A stretch of DNA of 64,000 bases from Phoronis australis (taxonomy: Eukaryota; Animalia; Phoronida), in contig NMRA01000036.1 of assembly GCA_002633005.1 (NCBI GenBank), forward strand, positions 912,440-976,439. Reading direction: 5' to 3'. Under the pieces are notes generated by a model. That model was given only the letters and a program-made list of their open reading frames with translations. It ran no database searches and had not been told where the DNA came from. A program made the position numbers and the translations under genes. This document shows positions 1 to 13,592 of this stretch, piece after piece. How positions within the stretch are numbered: the first letter of the stretch is position 1; each line of letters begins with the position of its first letter.

Positions 1-49
1 TTTGCCAGCAGCCCTCCATAAGAATGCATGACACCGAACTATGATTAAC

Positions 50-2378
50 TAAACTCCTCAAAAAGTAACGCCCCTTCAGTTTTATGTTCATAAATTGGAA
101 AGTAAAGATTGTTTTTGGAAAATTTAAAATCCACTGATATAATAAGTCAAGGCACACATTCTCATATCAAGTTTATTGTAAAATCCCATTTATAAAAAAA
201 TTCAAAATAAAGATTTTAAAGCGACGTGGGTCTGAATCAAAAGTCCCAAAGTAGAGATTCCGAAGACATTTGGTTCGCACACGGATTCAGCGAAATGCAA
301 ATTTTACAAAAACTACAGATTGCATAGCGTTGGGGGTAGTCTTGTGGTGCAAGAATGAGTCTGCAGGTCAATAAATGAAATAATGAATGGTTTTATTGAG
401 TATACTGCTTCTTCTATGGAGGTCCACACTAAAGCTTTGGATCCCGTAGATATAGTTTTTGTTCGGGCGCTTGGACCAAATGGTATCCTGCAAGACGACA
501 ACGCAAGGCCGCACCGCGCAACGCCATAGAAGACCATCTGCAACACAGCAAGGCATGGAGCGTCTAGAATAGCTAGCAGCAAGTCCTGACCTGAACCCTA
601 TAGAAGAGTGTCATAAACCAGACCACATTGAACTATCTCCGACGTCTGTTAGGAAAGAAGTGGATAGCAATCCCCCTCCACAGTATTCAGCCCTTAACTA
701 GGAGTATTGTTAAGAGATGCATGGCTGTGATGAACGCGAGTGGCGACAGTACACCTCACTGATGAGATAGACTGACACCAATCCAACTAGTGTTAAGGAT
801 ATCTCAAACCTTATTCACAAAAGTTGGAAACATTTACAATATTTCACATATGTCTAGCAAAATATCTTATCTTTATTCTCAAGGAACTTCAAATACCAAA
901 TATATACCGTGTAGCGAGAAAACAAATAAGCAGGATCACCTTGAACTGAAACAGCACAACCGCGTGGAAATGTCTTTACTACTTATCCGAAACAAAGGTT
1001 ACGGCGCTGGCACTAATACCGAATCTCCCACCAGGGACAGAGCAGCTCCGGTTGTATCCTTTCATTCACCGAGTCGCCATAATATTGCGTCAACGATGTG
1101 TACATATGATAGAAAGATGCCGGTGAAAACGAAAACAGAACGTAGCTTTGATTATGCGAGGGTTGCATACGATCGTTGAGAAGGAATACTACGAGTCGTC
1201 TCACGCCTCTGTGATTTTTACGAACACAGCAAGTTGTCAAATTCCTCAATTCGTACAATTTAACATTTCGCTATTTTCGTTCTCATGTTCACGGAGTGCT
1301 TGAACCATCGACCCGATGCCTGTATCCATTTCGAACTTGGTTCTCATATCAGTCTCCCAGCACCTGGTGTGTCTAACAATCAACTGTTGACCTACTTTAA
1401 AGTGGACCACAGCTTGTCCCACTCCATGTGCAGGCTCCGCAAGTGTCCTAGTTAGAGTCTAAGCATTAGAGATCGACTTGGTTTAAATTACATGTTTTTG
1501 TTACAATTAAGTTAATTACGCACTGTAAATTTAGATGACGTTACACGTAAATGTTGAAATAATGAACGTAGCTAAGGTTATAATGACCAAAAACAAGTTT
1601 TCATCAAATAATTATCCGACGTCCTTGAGATTGTCACGTCTCGCCACATAATCGGCTTTTTCTCGGCTTCGATATATCGATTTAATTTGAACTTAAGAAC
1701 ATAAGTTCTCGAAACTGGCTCGGTGGATATCGGTAAAACTTTTCAAACTTAATATAATATTTCTGAATCCTTTGAACGTTATTAGTATTTTTTATATAAA
1801 GGCCTAGTTTTTCGTAATGTAATAAAGACGAATATGGCTTCTATTTTTACAAAAAAATACCTCACATTTTGCGAGTTAATTTGTCATAGAAATCAAACAA
1901 AAAGGCTAATCAAAAATTCCCAACAGCGTTTTTGTGGTAACTGAGGAAATTTTTCATTTAGAAAATGTTTCATTAAAATCGACCGAGGTGTAATTTTGCT
2001 GTGAACGTACCTTTCTTAAACATTAAATTTTGACTTAAAAACGTGTTAGCGTGATAATAATAATGACGCATAAATATAACACAAATTTTTATATTTCCTG
2101 ACCTTTTTCTTTCAGAAAATATATACTTTTACTAGATGACAGAGCCTAGTTAAAATGGAGGCCACTAAATATGGATTGAGATAACCTTATGGCAGGTCGC
2201 CATTTTGTGACTATTGTTTTTGAACTGCTAAATTAAATTTGTTTTTTAGTGTACAAATTTCAAGCAAATGTGATATCAAAAGATGTATCTTGAATTAAAC
2301 TTTCTTCTGGTGAAACAACTGTCTTATTTTATTATTCCTTCTGTTAGTATGAAGGGGGTGTTACTTTTTAGTAGTTTA
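50..2378 (+). mobile_element. Degenerate Tc1/mariner DNA transposon with terminal inverted repeats
   Basis: Left end TA-AACTCCTCAAAAAGTAACGCCCCTTCA (50-78) is the imperfect inverse of right end TGAAGGGGGTGTTACTTTTTAGTAGTT-TA (2350-2378). Transposase remnant lies inside. Confidence 0.7.
460..763 (+). pseudogene. Tc1-family DD34E transposase C-terminal remnant (frameshifts and stops)
   Basis: Manual translation gives GILQDDNARPHRA, LE*LAASPDLNPIE and RSIVKRCMAVMNASGDSTPH*. These match Tc1 motifs QxDNAxxH, WPxxSPDLNPIE and the terminal RCxAVIxxxGxxTxY. Confidence 0.85.
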
Positions 2379-4641
2379 TTCAAAAGTCAAGAGCGATAGC
2401 CACGCAATTTGCCGATAGTCGGTTATTGAGAGTGTATATGTGAAATGTGTTATTTCCAAATAGCAGCGTTACTACAGGCTTCGTTTTAAAAAATTTGTCT
2501 ATAGGTCAATTGGTCAACAAGTCCTCAAATCTAGTATGTACAAATTTTAATGACTTACAGGTCATCAATTTGTGTCTACGGTTCATGCATTCGCGGTTTT
2601 TTCTTGCATTGTTTTCATGTTTCATGGTCTCATGGTTTAGCTTTGGTTTTGCTTGTGTTTATCCACCTTCAGTAGTATATCAANNNNNNNNNNNNNNNNN
2701 NNNNNNNNNNNNNNNNNNNNNNNNNNNNNNNNNNNNNNNNNNNNNNNNNNNNNNNNNNNNNNNNNNNNNNNNNNNNNNNNNNNNNNNNNNNNNNNNNNNN
2801 NNNNNNNNNNNNNNNNNNNNNNNNNNNNNNNNNNNNNNNNNNNNNNNNNNNNNNNNNNNNNNNNNNNNNNNNNNNNNNNNNNNNNNNNNNNNNNNNNNNN
2901 NNNNNNNNNNNNNNNNNNNNNNNNNNNNNNNNNNNNNNNNNNNNNNNNNNNNNNNNNNNNNNNNNNNNNNNNNNNNNNNNNNNNNNNNNNNNNNNNNNNN
3001 NNNNNNNNNNNNNNNNNNNNNNNNNNNNNNNNNNNNNNNNNNNNNNNNNNNNNNNNNNNNNNNNNNNNNNNNNNNNNNNNNNNNNNNNNNNNNNNNNNNN
3101 NNNNNNNNNNNNNNNNNNNNNNNNNNNNNNNNNNNNNNNNNNNNNNNNNNNNNNNNNNNNNNNNNNNNNNNNGTTAAGGATATCTCAAACCTTATTCACA
3201 AAAGTTGGAAATATTTACACTATTTCACATATGTCTAGCAAAATATCTTATCTTTATTCTCAAGGAACTTCAAATACCAAATATATACCATGTAGCGAGA
3301 AAACAAATAAGCAGAATCACCTTGAAACAGCACAACCGCGTGGAAATGTCTTTACCACTTATCCGAAACTAAGGTTACGGCGCTGGCACTAATATCGAAT
3401 CTCCCACCAGGGACAGAGCAGCTCCGGTTGTACCCTTTCATTCACCGAGTCGCCATAATATTGCGTCAACGATGTGTACATATGATACAAAGATGCCGGT
3501 GAAAATGAAAACAGAACGTAGGGTTGTGTGTCTGCATGAATACTATCCGATTATTACTATCGTTGAGAAGGAATGCTACGAGTCGTCTCACGCCTCTGTG
3601 ATTTTTACGAACACAGCAAGTTGTCAAATTCCTCAATTCGTATAATTTAACATTTCGCTACTTTCGTTCTCATGTTCACGGAGTGCTTTAACCATCGACC
3701 CGATGCCTGTATCCAGTTCGAATTTGGTTCTCATATCAGTCTCCCAGCGCCTGTTGTGTCTAACAATCAACTGTTGACCTACTTTAAAGTGGACCACAGC
3801 TTGTCCCACTCCATATGCAGGCTCCGCATGTGTCCTAGTTAGAGTCTAAGCATTAGAGATCGACTTGGTTTAAATTACATGTTTTTGTTATAATTAAGTT
3901 AATTACGCACTGTAAATTTAGATGACGTTAAACGTAAATGTTGAAATAATGAACGTAGCTAAGGTTATAATGACCAAAAACAAGTTTTCATCAAATAATT
4001 ATCCGACGTCCTTGAGATTGTCACGTCTCGCCACATAATCGGCTTTTTCTCGGCTTCGATACACCGCTTTAATTTGAACTTAAGAACATAAGTTCTCGAA
4101 ACCGGCTCGGTGGATATCGGTAAAACTTTTCAAACTTAATATAATATTTCTGAATCCTATGAACGCTTTTAGTATTTTTTATATAAAGGCCTAGTTTTTC
4201 GTAATGTAATAAAGACGAATATGGCTACTATTTTTACAAAAAATACCTCACATTTTGCGAGTTAATTTGTCATAGAAATCAAACAAAAACGCTAATCAAA
4301 AATACCCAACAGCGTTTTTGAGGTAACTGATGAAATTTTCCATTTAGAAAATGTTTCATTAAAATCGACCGAGGTGTTATTTTGCTGTGAATGTACCTTT
4401 CTTAAACATTGAATTTTGACTTAAAAACGTGTTAGCGTGATAATAATAATGACGCATAAATATAACACATATTTTTATATTTCCTGGCCTTTTTTCTTTC
4501 AGAAAATATACTTTTACTAGATGACAGAGCCTAGTTAAAATGGAGGCCACTAAGTATGGCTTGAGATAACCTTATGGCAGGTCGCCATTTTGTGACTATT
4601 GTTTTTGAACTGCCAAATTAAATTTGTTTTTTTAGTGTACA
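791..4641 (+). repeat. Near-identical ~1.46 kb duplicated block (791-2255 and 3173-4641) on either side of an N gap
   Basis: Both copies run GTTAAGGATATCTCAAACC...TTAGTGTACA with scattered SNPs, small indels and one replaced ~35-bp patch. Confidence 0.95.
2683..3172. other. Assembly gap (N run)
   Basis: Run of N bases. Confidence 1.
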
Positions 4642-5239
4642 TATTTTCTCGCATATTTGGAAACTTGGGATAAACTGGAGACCGTTGTCTATGAGAAGCT
4701 TTAGCACAATCTCTACGGTTTTTAATTTCAACTAAGGTAAGTATGTGGGCACCTTCCCAGTTACACTAGTTAACCGCTGGACAAGAGGCCGTTGGACGCT
4801 AATGCATTTCGTCGATAGATTAATTGACGACCACGAGTATTCAAAGGTTACTGATCTCAATTTCATGCAATGTTTTGAATTTCTTCCTTATGCTCAGTAA
4901 ATGGATCCACGTACCGATCACCCTCTTCTCTTGCAAAAGGAATTGGCACTTTCTTGAAGACTAAGAGTTTACATGTAGCTCACAATCGGCAGGAAACATT
5001 GTTGCGCCCTTTTCCGACACGGGACGATATTGGGAATAATTTCGATGTTAAAAAAACATTGCAGGCGGCCCGATACCCGAATAGCATCAGACGTGCGCAG
5101 GCCACATAGGTAGGACCCATTGCACAAAACTTATGATTTAAAACTCATGCGAACCCTATTACATGTACGTACATTTTGTCATTAGGCTCTTCCAGAGAGA
5201 GGTTGCAGCCATGAAGACAACATTCATCATTTCGATTTT

Positions 5240-7098
5240 TACGTAATCAACAACGGCTTTACTACCAGATATTTTCCACACCAACGCTGAGTGCGACAGG
5301 GTGACTCACTCTCTGGCCCCTTGTTTTGCTTAGCAGTTGAGGTTATGGCAAATTATATCAGATCAAGTTATGTCACTTCAGGAATTAAAACTGATAATAC
5401 TGAAATAAAGCTTGTCCAATATGAGTATGACACAACAATATTTTTAGACGATGAAGTTTCAGGATTTAACTGTCTTAAATATTTCAATAAGTTTGGCTAG
5501 GTGTCTGGTTTGAAATTAAATTATAAAAAAATGTCAAGTTCTGTATCTCGTAACAGGAAAAGCTTGTTCCGAGCCATTGCACGGAGTTAAATGTACTGAC
5601 AGACCAAACAAGTGTTTGGGTTTTTGTTTGCACAATAAAAAGGAGAATGATCAATTAAATAATGATTTTAAAGTTAGAAGTTTTAAGAAAACTTTGAGCT
5701 TTTGGAAAAGCCGCAATATTAGTTTATTGGGCAGAATAGATGTTCTAAAAACTTTCGCCTTATCTATTATTATTTATGTCATCAATAATTCTTTGATATC
5801 TAATTTTGTTTGGCGAAATAAGACCCCTAGAGTGAAGCGAAGTGTGACAGTAAATACACGTGCAAATGGTCGCTTGTTAGTACCAGACATAAACGTTACC
5901 TGTAACTCATTGTTAGTGAAATGGGTTCAGTGTTATGTAGAAGGAGAGAACAAATACTGGAAATCCTTTCCAATTTTCCTTTTTTAGGAGGTATGGGTGT
6001 GCATTGCTTTTTAAATCAAAATTTTCTGCCAAGTTGTTGCCTATGGATGATAACTTGTGACTTGCTGAATGCATGGGTAAATGTTAGCGTTGTCTTACAC
6101 AGCGAAATTGATATTATTAGTAACGTAATATGAAACAATAGAAACATTTTGATTGATAGCAAATCTGTGTTTTTCAGTGGGTTTTACAAGGCTGGCATAG
6201 TTTATGTAAAAGATATATGAGACGTTCAAAGCAAGTTTTTGTCTTGGGAAGTTATGAAACAAAGATACAAATTATCCAGTTGGTTACAATATTATGCTTT
6301 GATAAAGGCACTTAAGTTACCTAATAGAATGAACATTTCCAAGACAAATTCAATGGACGATTTTCAGTACAGCCAGAAAAATACACAATCAACTAAAGTT
6401 ACTTTTTATATAAAGCGATTTCACAACCTGATGGAGAACACAGATTAAGTGAAATTTATTCAGAACAACAAATTGGAAAGATTGACTCGTTGCCATTCAT
6501 ATAAAACTTTTAAATATTATTATGTGCACAGAAAAGTTTACACAAAGTATCTCTTGAAAATGATAAAGAGTTCAAAAGATGATAGTTGCTTGTCCTGTAA
6601 TACTGTTGAAACTTTTGATCATTTTTTGTGATTGTTTACTTGTACAGGCGCTGTGATCCAAAGTTCAAGCTTTGTTAAATAATGTAACAAAGCAAACCAT
6701 GGATTTAGTGCAGACTAACATTTTAAACGCGTATTTTGTATTTAATTTTGAATAAGTTAATACTGTACTGACTTAATGCCAGTACTTTATATTTCAGTCA
6801 TCTTTGGACCACAGCAAGCCTACATTTGAAAATATTCATATTCCTTGTATCATTATATATCAAAGTTAGACGAAAGCTGATCATCACTTTAAAAAAATCC
6901 TGAATTTCACCTTTTAGGAAGCCCTCTGTAAATACTTAGACATATATTTACTCGCTCAAGTATAATTTCGGAAATAACTTGTTCATTAAGATTGCGTGGG
7001 TGTATACATGAATGGTGTGTGAATGTTGTACCTTTCCATTACTAGATAGTCATTAGTTAGCATTTACTGTTATTTTCCTTATTTTGAGAAATAAAAAA
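5240..7098 (+). mobile_element. 5'-truncated, decayed L1/Tx1-type LINE (RT, C-terminal region, Cys knuckle, A-rich tail)
   Basis: VINNGFTT..VRQGDSLSGPLFCLAVEVMA..GIK..IKLVQYEYDTTIFL (RT QGxPLS and decayed YADD), WKSRNISLLGRIDVLKTFALS, FVWRNKTPRVK, G.L.VPD, CLSCNTVETFDHFL. Ends in AATAAAAAA near 7090. Confidence 0.9.
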
Positions 7099-8155
7099 CC
7101 TAGACGTTCTAATTTACTGTGAGTTAAAATAGTCGTTTGGAGAAGTACAGTTCTCGGAATCTTGGGTAAAATGCACGATTCAGACCTAATCAATTTACTC
7201 ATGTGCTTGAAAAAATGTCACATCTAGCTCCAACGCGTCAGAAATGTCACCCCTGCATTTTATAAACTCCGAATGGGTCTCTGCAAGATTGTAGTTTTCT
7301 CGCCTTTCTATGTTTTCGCGCCGGTTGCTTTAGATTGATGTCGTCTAATTGTGGCGGATGTTCTGATCGAAGGATTCAATGTATCATATGTAATCATGTT
7401 CTCTTCGTTTTTGCAATGTTGTAGAGATTTACCAATACATCACCATGTGTCCATCTGAGTGTTTGAGAGGAGTTGGAGAAAGTAAAAAGTTGGAATACAC
7501 GTAAGCAAAAGCAAGTGTAAGATTTAATCGCGTTTACTACCACGAAATTCTGCTGCCAAAAATTCATACACAAATGTTGGCTACCCTTGTCTCTTTTTCC
7601 CAACTCTTCACACACTACAACAAATCTTCATGAGAACGTGCGAGATAGCTGATCCCAAATAAATCAACTGGCAACGCAATTGTACCGCTGAAACAGCGAG
7701 TCGCTAGCGGGAATTTGCAGTAAATTATTGTGGCTATGTTTACAAAATTAATACATACCTTTGAAAGTGCATCACATGAATTCATGTAGGTAACACATTG
7801 TTTCACGCAACTAGAATGACGCTGTTGCAACTTGGAGAATCACGAAGTCTTCTTTACATCAAATCGCATGTTGCTCAGGAAATTGGCGAGTTCGCTTAAT
7901 TGGGATCAAAGAGTAATATTGCAATGTAAGCTTCAGCCTAATAATTGATTTATTTCTATCTTAAACGTTGGCATGACAGTTACCAACAACTCTGGGAACA
8001 AGGGACATATCATGCGAGCTCGTTAGTACATCATTAATGAAATAATTGCATGGAAGTCTAATTACCGCTGCATGAATTACATCCGTTGATTGTAGGTCTT
8101 GGCAGAGGCGGTCTTTGGGTTTCTTCTTAGAAATACGACGTTAATGAATCTTTAA

Positions 8156-8480
8156 AGCTGCATTTTGCCCACTTTAGTTTGCTAAAACATAACTTTAATA
8201 AGGCCTTTTACTCACATAAAATTGGTATTACAATTTTTTACTGTGGCAAGATTCTTATTCCGTTAACAACGCATTCGCCAGGTAATGACTAAATGCCCCA
8301 TTTTCGAATGACCAATTTTTGGTTGGCAAACTGCAATAAAAAATGAGACAGTTTTAGTCACTAATGGTTTCGATGTTCTTGTGGAAAGCGATAATGAATC
8401 ATATCTCGATAACAAATATTGCTGAGACCGATGAGAAAATAAAAGACCCAATTCGACTTTTGCCAAGGTGAAATGCAGCT
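8156..8480. mobile_element. MITE with TTAA-type flanks (Kolobok-like termini)
   Basis: TTAA|AGCTGCATTT ... AAATGCAGCT|TTGA inverted termini. Confidence 0.6.
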
Positions 8481-8897
8481 TTGAGTATTTGAATTTTGTT
8501 ATCGAAAATTAGTTCGTACCGAAGCGTATGCCTCGCAGAGAAAAATTAAACATTAAACAAGTCATATGTACGAGAAACTATCGTAAGTCTTCCTACGAGC
8601 TGTTACGCCGTACGTAAGTCGTATGTACAAGATAGTAGAGTGCGTCGGCTAGACGTTAAACGCAAAAGCAAACGTGTGTCACTGGAGGTCACCGGTTCGC
8701 GCTCTCGTATGCGCTATGTTTCATTTTTGTTTCGGCGGTAGCGCTGTAGCCAATAGTATGACGCGATAAAATATATGTAGGTTTTTCATAGTTCCTGGCG
8801 GTGTTGAGCAGGTAAACTACGAACGTTTTTGTTTTACCGATAAATGGGCCACATCATCAACTCACGAACGACCAACGATCGGTTCAACTTCGCAGTC

Positions 8898-9155
8898 GGT
8901 GCTCCCAGTTTGACATTGTCATAGCAAATGGTGCTCCCATTTTGACATTGTCATAGAAAATGGTGCTCCCATTTTGACATTTTCATGGCATAAGGTGCTC
9001 CCATTTGACATTCTCATGGCATAAGGTGCTCCCATTTGACATTTTCATGGCATAAGGTGCTCCCATTTGACATTCTCATAGCTTAAAGTGCTCCCAATAT
9101 GACGTAGTCATAGCATAAAGTCCTCCCATTGTGACATTCTCATGGTATAAGGGCA
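8898..9155. repeat. Minisatellite, ~31-33 bp unit GGTGCTCCCATTTGACATTYTCATRGCATAA, about 8 copies
   Basis: Directly visible head-to-tail array that degenerates toward the 3' end. Confidence 0.95.
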
Positions 9156-11031
9156 CTACATTTAACTATTGTGTACCACCATCAGTCTGTAATTTCAACA
9201 GTTTTATGTTGTATAAAAAAATTCACGAACATAGTTTGTTATATAGTTGTAACATTAGCTATAACAGATTTCACAAAACTCGAGTTGTCAAAAAATATTC
9301 GTTGACAATGAAATTTCATACAAGCTTTTGAAAGTGGATCCATCACATCACAGTCAGGTCAAACTAATTCTCAAGCCCTCTCAATTCTTCGCCACAATTA
9401 AACGCGTTTAAAAATGTAGCCTATTACTTTAGACGACACACCCATTGATACATTGGTGTCAGTGTGAGGATAGAATGTATTGAATGATGTGTGCATTTCC
9501 TTTATCAGCTGTCTATGTGCTTGTTATTTTTTTGACCAGCTGAACTTTTCCAGTTTTGTGTTGTGTCAAACTGTTGTAAGCTAAGAAGACAGGTTTGCAG
9601 GAAGTCACCCCAACTAGATGAAGTTCGCCTCGCAAAATCGTACTGCAGTCTTTCAATATTGGTACCGCAAACACAATGCTCACGCACGCACCCACTCCCT
9701 ACCTTCGAAGTGCTTCATGCTAAGCGCTCACTGCTACTGACCGTTTCCCCTCAACTTTGAGAATTTCCAATTAAATGCCCACAGTTCACGCTAGCGCACA
9801 TCATAGCGCCCTACAAACGATCGTACGTGTTTTGAAATCGACACGCACCCTACTACAGTGAGTAACTCTCATGTTAGGCAACTAATTCAGTTTTCAAAAA
9901 AGTCTTTTAATTCTCAATAATACGTAAAAAGTAAACCCCGGCTTTGTTTTATACCTCCGAAAGAAAGTTAACACTTAGGGACATGTGTGTCGTTTTGAGA
10001 CTGACCTATTTCTCCCGTACATGGAAGGTATTGAGAAAACTCGCATAGTACCCGATGGAAACCCGCACGGAGTTGGGAATTATTTCATGGCTTTTCATTT
10101 CATGGAAAAATAATTACTGAGTACGTAGCTTAAACTGCGTAAGTCCCATATTTTTATTGCGAAATTTCCACAGAATTGTTTCCGCGCATCCGAATACGTC
10201 ATTTAGCTAAAGCAACGTTTCCCGGATTTTTTCGACAGGATGTTTTTCAAACGTTAATTGAGTTTGGGCTGCGAACAAAAACTGGAGGGAGCTTGCAATG
10301 TTAGTTGTAGCAGGTCAGACCTAGCAAAATCGGGGAATACTTTTTCATCGAGCACTTCTTCCCTTTCCACATTGCAAGCTAAGTGTTAGAGAGCACTGAT
10401 TCAACTTTCACGTCGGCATCTAGCCTTGCGCTCTTTTCTAGATGATCTAAAAATCAATTTTGGCACGTAAATGGTGCGCGACCTGGCATTTAGGAATGCG
10501 AGTTGGATTTTGAAAATGCGACGTGGGATTTTGGCTAGGTCGCAAAATGCGAAATGGCGATCCCTGACAGCACCCCATGAATTTCCTCAAAAAAGAGCAT
10601 AACCCAGTAAAATATGTAATCGCAAAGTTGAAACCGGGTCAGACATGATTGCATGTCATAATATTAACACTTTAACTTCAAATTATGGAATGACAATTAA
10701 TCGGCCGAACCAAGCTTTTAAGGTGGTGTTTAGGCTACGTACGTGGTCATAAACAGTTGCTTGATTTCAACAAGCAAACGTATCACAATTACATAAGTTT
10801 ATATTAAGGGGGTCTACGTAAGAACAGGGACTATGAAGTAAATTCTTCACTGCAGACCAGCAAAATGAACTTTGTGGATATTTTGCACGGTGCTCATTAC
10901 GGGGCTCATGATATTCGATGACTTCGTGACGTCAACTATTTATTGAGTTGCGACAGGCCCTCTGTCCTGTCTGTTCGACTACTGGTACTACGGTCTGTTT
11001 GACAGTAGGTCTACCAACAAATTGTTAATTC

Positions 11032-12313
11032 ATAGGCGGATTTAGGGGTGGGGGGCCCAGGAGACCCGCCCCCCCCCTTGGCTGGTGCAAGCAAAGTTAA
11101 ACAGCAACAGCGTGAAGCGTGAGGAAATATGGAGTTGACTAACTAGGAACGTCGGCGGACGAGTAGGGGGGGGGGAGGCTCAGGAGGCCCCGTAACTCGG
11201 CGGAATCGCGTTGCCGGTTTTTTATTTAGTCTTCCGATAGATTTTGAGAACAGCAGCAGCTCACATCGCCGGCCCCCGCAACTTTCGGAGCGCCTGTGTA
11301 TGCAATCGCGCTTTGCCCAATTCTCCGAGGCAACATGTTGCCCCCCCTTATGAAATCCTGAGATCCGCCACTATAATTCAAGTGGCGAACCTAGGATATC
11401 ACAAGGAGGGCCAACATTTTGTCTGCAAACATTTGCGCAAAGCACGATTGTAGATGCGCATAGCACCAAATGGGTGGAGGTCGGGCAAACCCCCCTCCCG
11501 CCAGGAAAATTTGCTTTTTTCCTCTAAAAATCAAGCATTTTCCTTGATTCCTGAAGTATTATCCAAGAACACAAAAAACACGGAGAACGTGTCAAACTTG
11601 AAAAACTGCAAATACCACAGACTCGAACTAACGACCTGGAGAGTGGAGGATAGAGCACACGTGCTTTACCACTGCACCACCATGCTTTCACTCGTAATTT
11701 GATTCTAAGAGACCTACTTGTTTATGGTCCACATCGTTTGCGCGCGAAACCTACTTCTTTTTGTAATGTTTATTACACTTTTTATATTTTGTGCAGTCAC
11801 TTCGTAACAAATTTGTTGTATTTAAAATAGTGTTCAATTGCCCAAAAGACCAAATCCGTTTTTTATGTTGGCATTAATGACACGATTGCTCTGGAAATCG
11901 TCTTAAGTTAAGGTTTGACAAAGAGAGAATTATGAGTTTCTGAGTGATTCACTAAGGCTTCGATTAAAATTCACATCTTACCAGCAGCTTCTGTTTTTTC
12001 ATCGTCACTCAGATTCCATTTTCGTGAAGCAGACGACGGAAACTGAACGGAGTCGTAGTGCGCAGCGCCACTGCCGGTCGTCTGGGATATCGCGGGAGAG
12101 CCTATTAGCCATAGTTCCCCCCCAATTAATTATAAACACACTAGCCGCACACATTTAAATGTTGTTTCAGCCGTGTAACGTTAATTGCCAGGGTTAATTA
12201 ATGAACTCCACATTTCCCTACACTCTTGCTGTTATATTTTTTCAATAGCGGCAGCCATGGAGGGGGGGGGGACCGGCCGAGCTCCCTGGGCCCCAACCCC
12301 TAAATCCGCCTAT
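11032..12313. mobile_element. Non-autonomous TIR element (~1.28 kb) with nested fragments
   Basis: ATAGGCGGATTTAGGGGTGGGGGGCCCAGG at the left end and CCTGGGCCCCAACCCCTAAATCCGCCTAT at the right end form ~29-bp inverted repeats. Confidence 0.8.
11615..11690 (-). mobile_element. tRNA-derived SINE-like head
   Basis: Minus strand reads TGGTGCAGTGG (A box) then AGTTCGAGTC (B box) at Pol III spacing; no intact cloverleaf. Confidence 0.5.
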
Positions 12314-12539
12314 AAGTTATTCGAGCACTAACCTGCCTGAGTGTTTAATTGTTAGAAATGTTCGTTCGACAAGTAACCTGTCTGTTCAGCGCAACTAACT
12401 TGTTCGTTCGTTAAATAACTTGTCTGTTTGTCAAAATTGAACAAAATAATCTCAGGTCGAAAACTAACTTGTTCCTTCGACAGTGTTGTCTATTTTGAAC
12501 CTTTTTCGCTGCCCATAGAATTCTTCAAGTTTCGTCAAG

Positions 12540-13476
12540 AAAGGTAAACAAAATACCGGAATAAGACGTGCTAGTGACAACAAAACGGCACTTACGATGG
12601 CTGACCAAAGAAATAATGTATGATTGTAAATTTTACTAAAATCGCCAAAGAGCAGATGTACTTAACCCTGCGCATGCGCACATGCGATATATTAATTGTG
12701 TCATTGGGCAGCCCATTAGACTTATTAATATGTCTATGGCCGAAACAGAATCAACGAAACTGGATTGAATTCAATAAACTGGATAGAATATTCTCCCAGT
12801 TTACGTTTGTCAGATGGGGGGTGTGACTGTCTGACGGGCAAAATCCTGGCTAATACTCTGTCATGCCCCCCCACTCAAAATCCTGGATCTGCCCCTGAGA
12901 ATCGATTAAACAGAATTGAATTCAGTAAATAGGATAGAGTACGCAAAACAGCATTGAGTTCAGGATATTGAATAGGCGAGTGTGGATTGAATTGATGCAA
13001 CAGCATTGAATACACAAGATTGGATTGTTGGCATCGAGTTCATTAAATGGAATTGAATACGCAATTTGATGGTTTTTGCATCAATGGCCGCCCATACTAG
13101 AGCACCTCGTAATCGTAATTCCAGAACCAAAGAGCACGGAAAGTTATCTTGCGAAATTCAGAGCACTGTGATTAATTTATCCATTGTTATAGTCCAGATA
13201 AATATAATTAAAACTTATTTAGGTATGCATCATCAAATCTATAGTAAACTCCCTGTTTTATAAGAAAGAGACAAATTTGATTAATGTTGTAATGATTATT
13301 TCAATCGACAATAATATTACCAATTCTCACAATATTTGAGCCAATCACAAGAAGGGCTGAAGAAGGCGCTCGACTCCTATTTGGTAGGCTACACAAAATA
13401 CAGAATTTGGATTTGAGAGCCAGTTCAGCGATTGCGACTTGAGTCATCAAATATTGTTTTACATTTTACGGTAAGT
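12540..13476. promoter_or_regulatory. Candidate promoter region and possible non-coding first exon
   Basis: Perfect NRF1 palindrome TGCGCATGCGCA (12669-12680), CCGGAA near 12556, AGCCAATCA CCAAT box (13339-13347), and a consensus donor CG|GTAAGT at 13470/13471. Link to CCDC57 is unproven. Confidence 0.35.
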
Positions 13477-13592
13477 ATATTTCATCCTAATACAGTTTTA
13501 CCCGTCATATACCACACATGGGGGTAACTGTACAATGTGACCACATTTTCCTACACTGCACACATGATTTTGTTTTCAATCTTAACTGGTAG

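Noticed and set aside
2447-3238. Long ORFs in the track (263 aa and 174 aa)
   Set aside because: They are artefacts of translating through the N gap.
4680-4745. Strong plus-strand donor AAG|GTAAGT near 4736 as a first exon
   Set aside because: No linked downstream exon or promoter evidence could be shown from sequence alone.
7394-7830. Adjacent minus-strand ORFs as a gene
   Set aside because: No recognisable motifs or consistent splice structure.
8898-9155. CRISPR-like array of ~32-bp repeats
   Set aside because: Units are contiguous with no unique spacers, there are no cas genes, and the context is eukaryotic.
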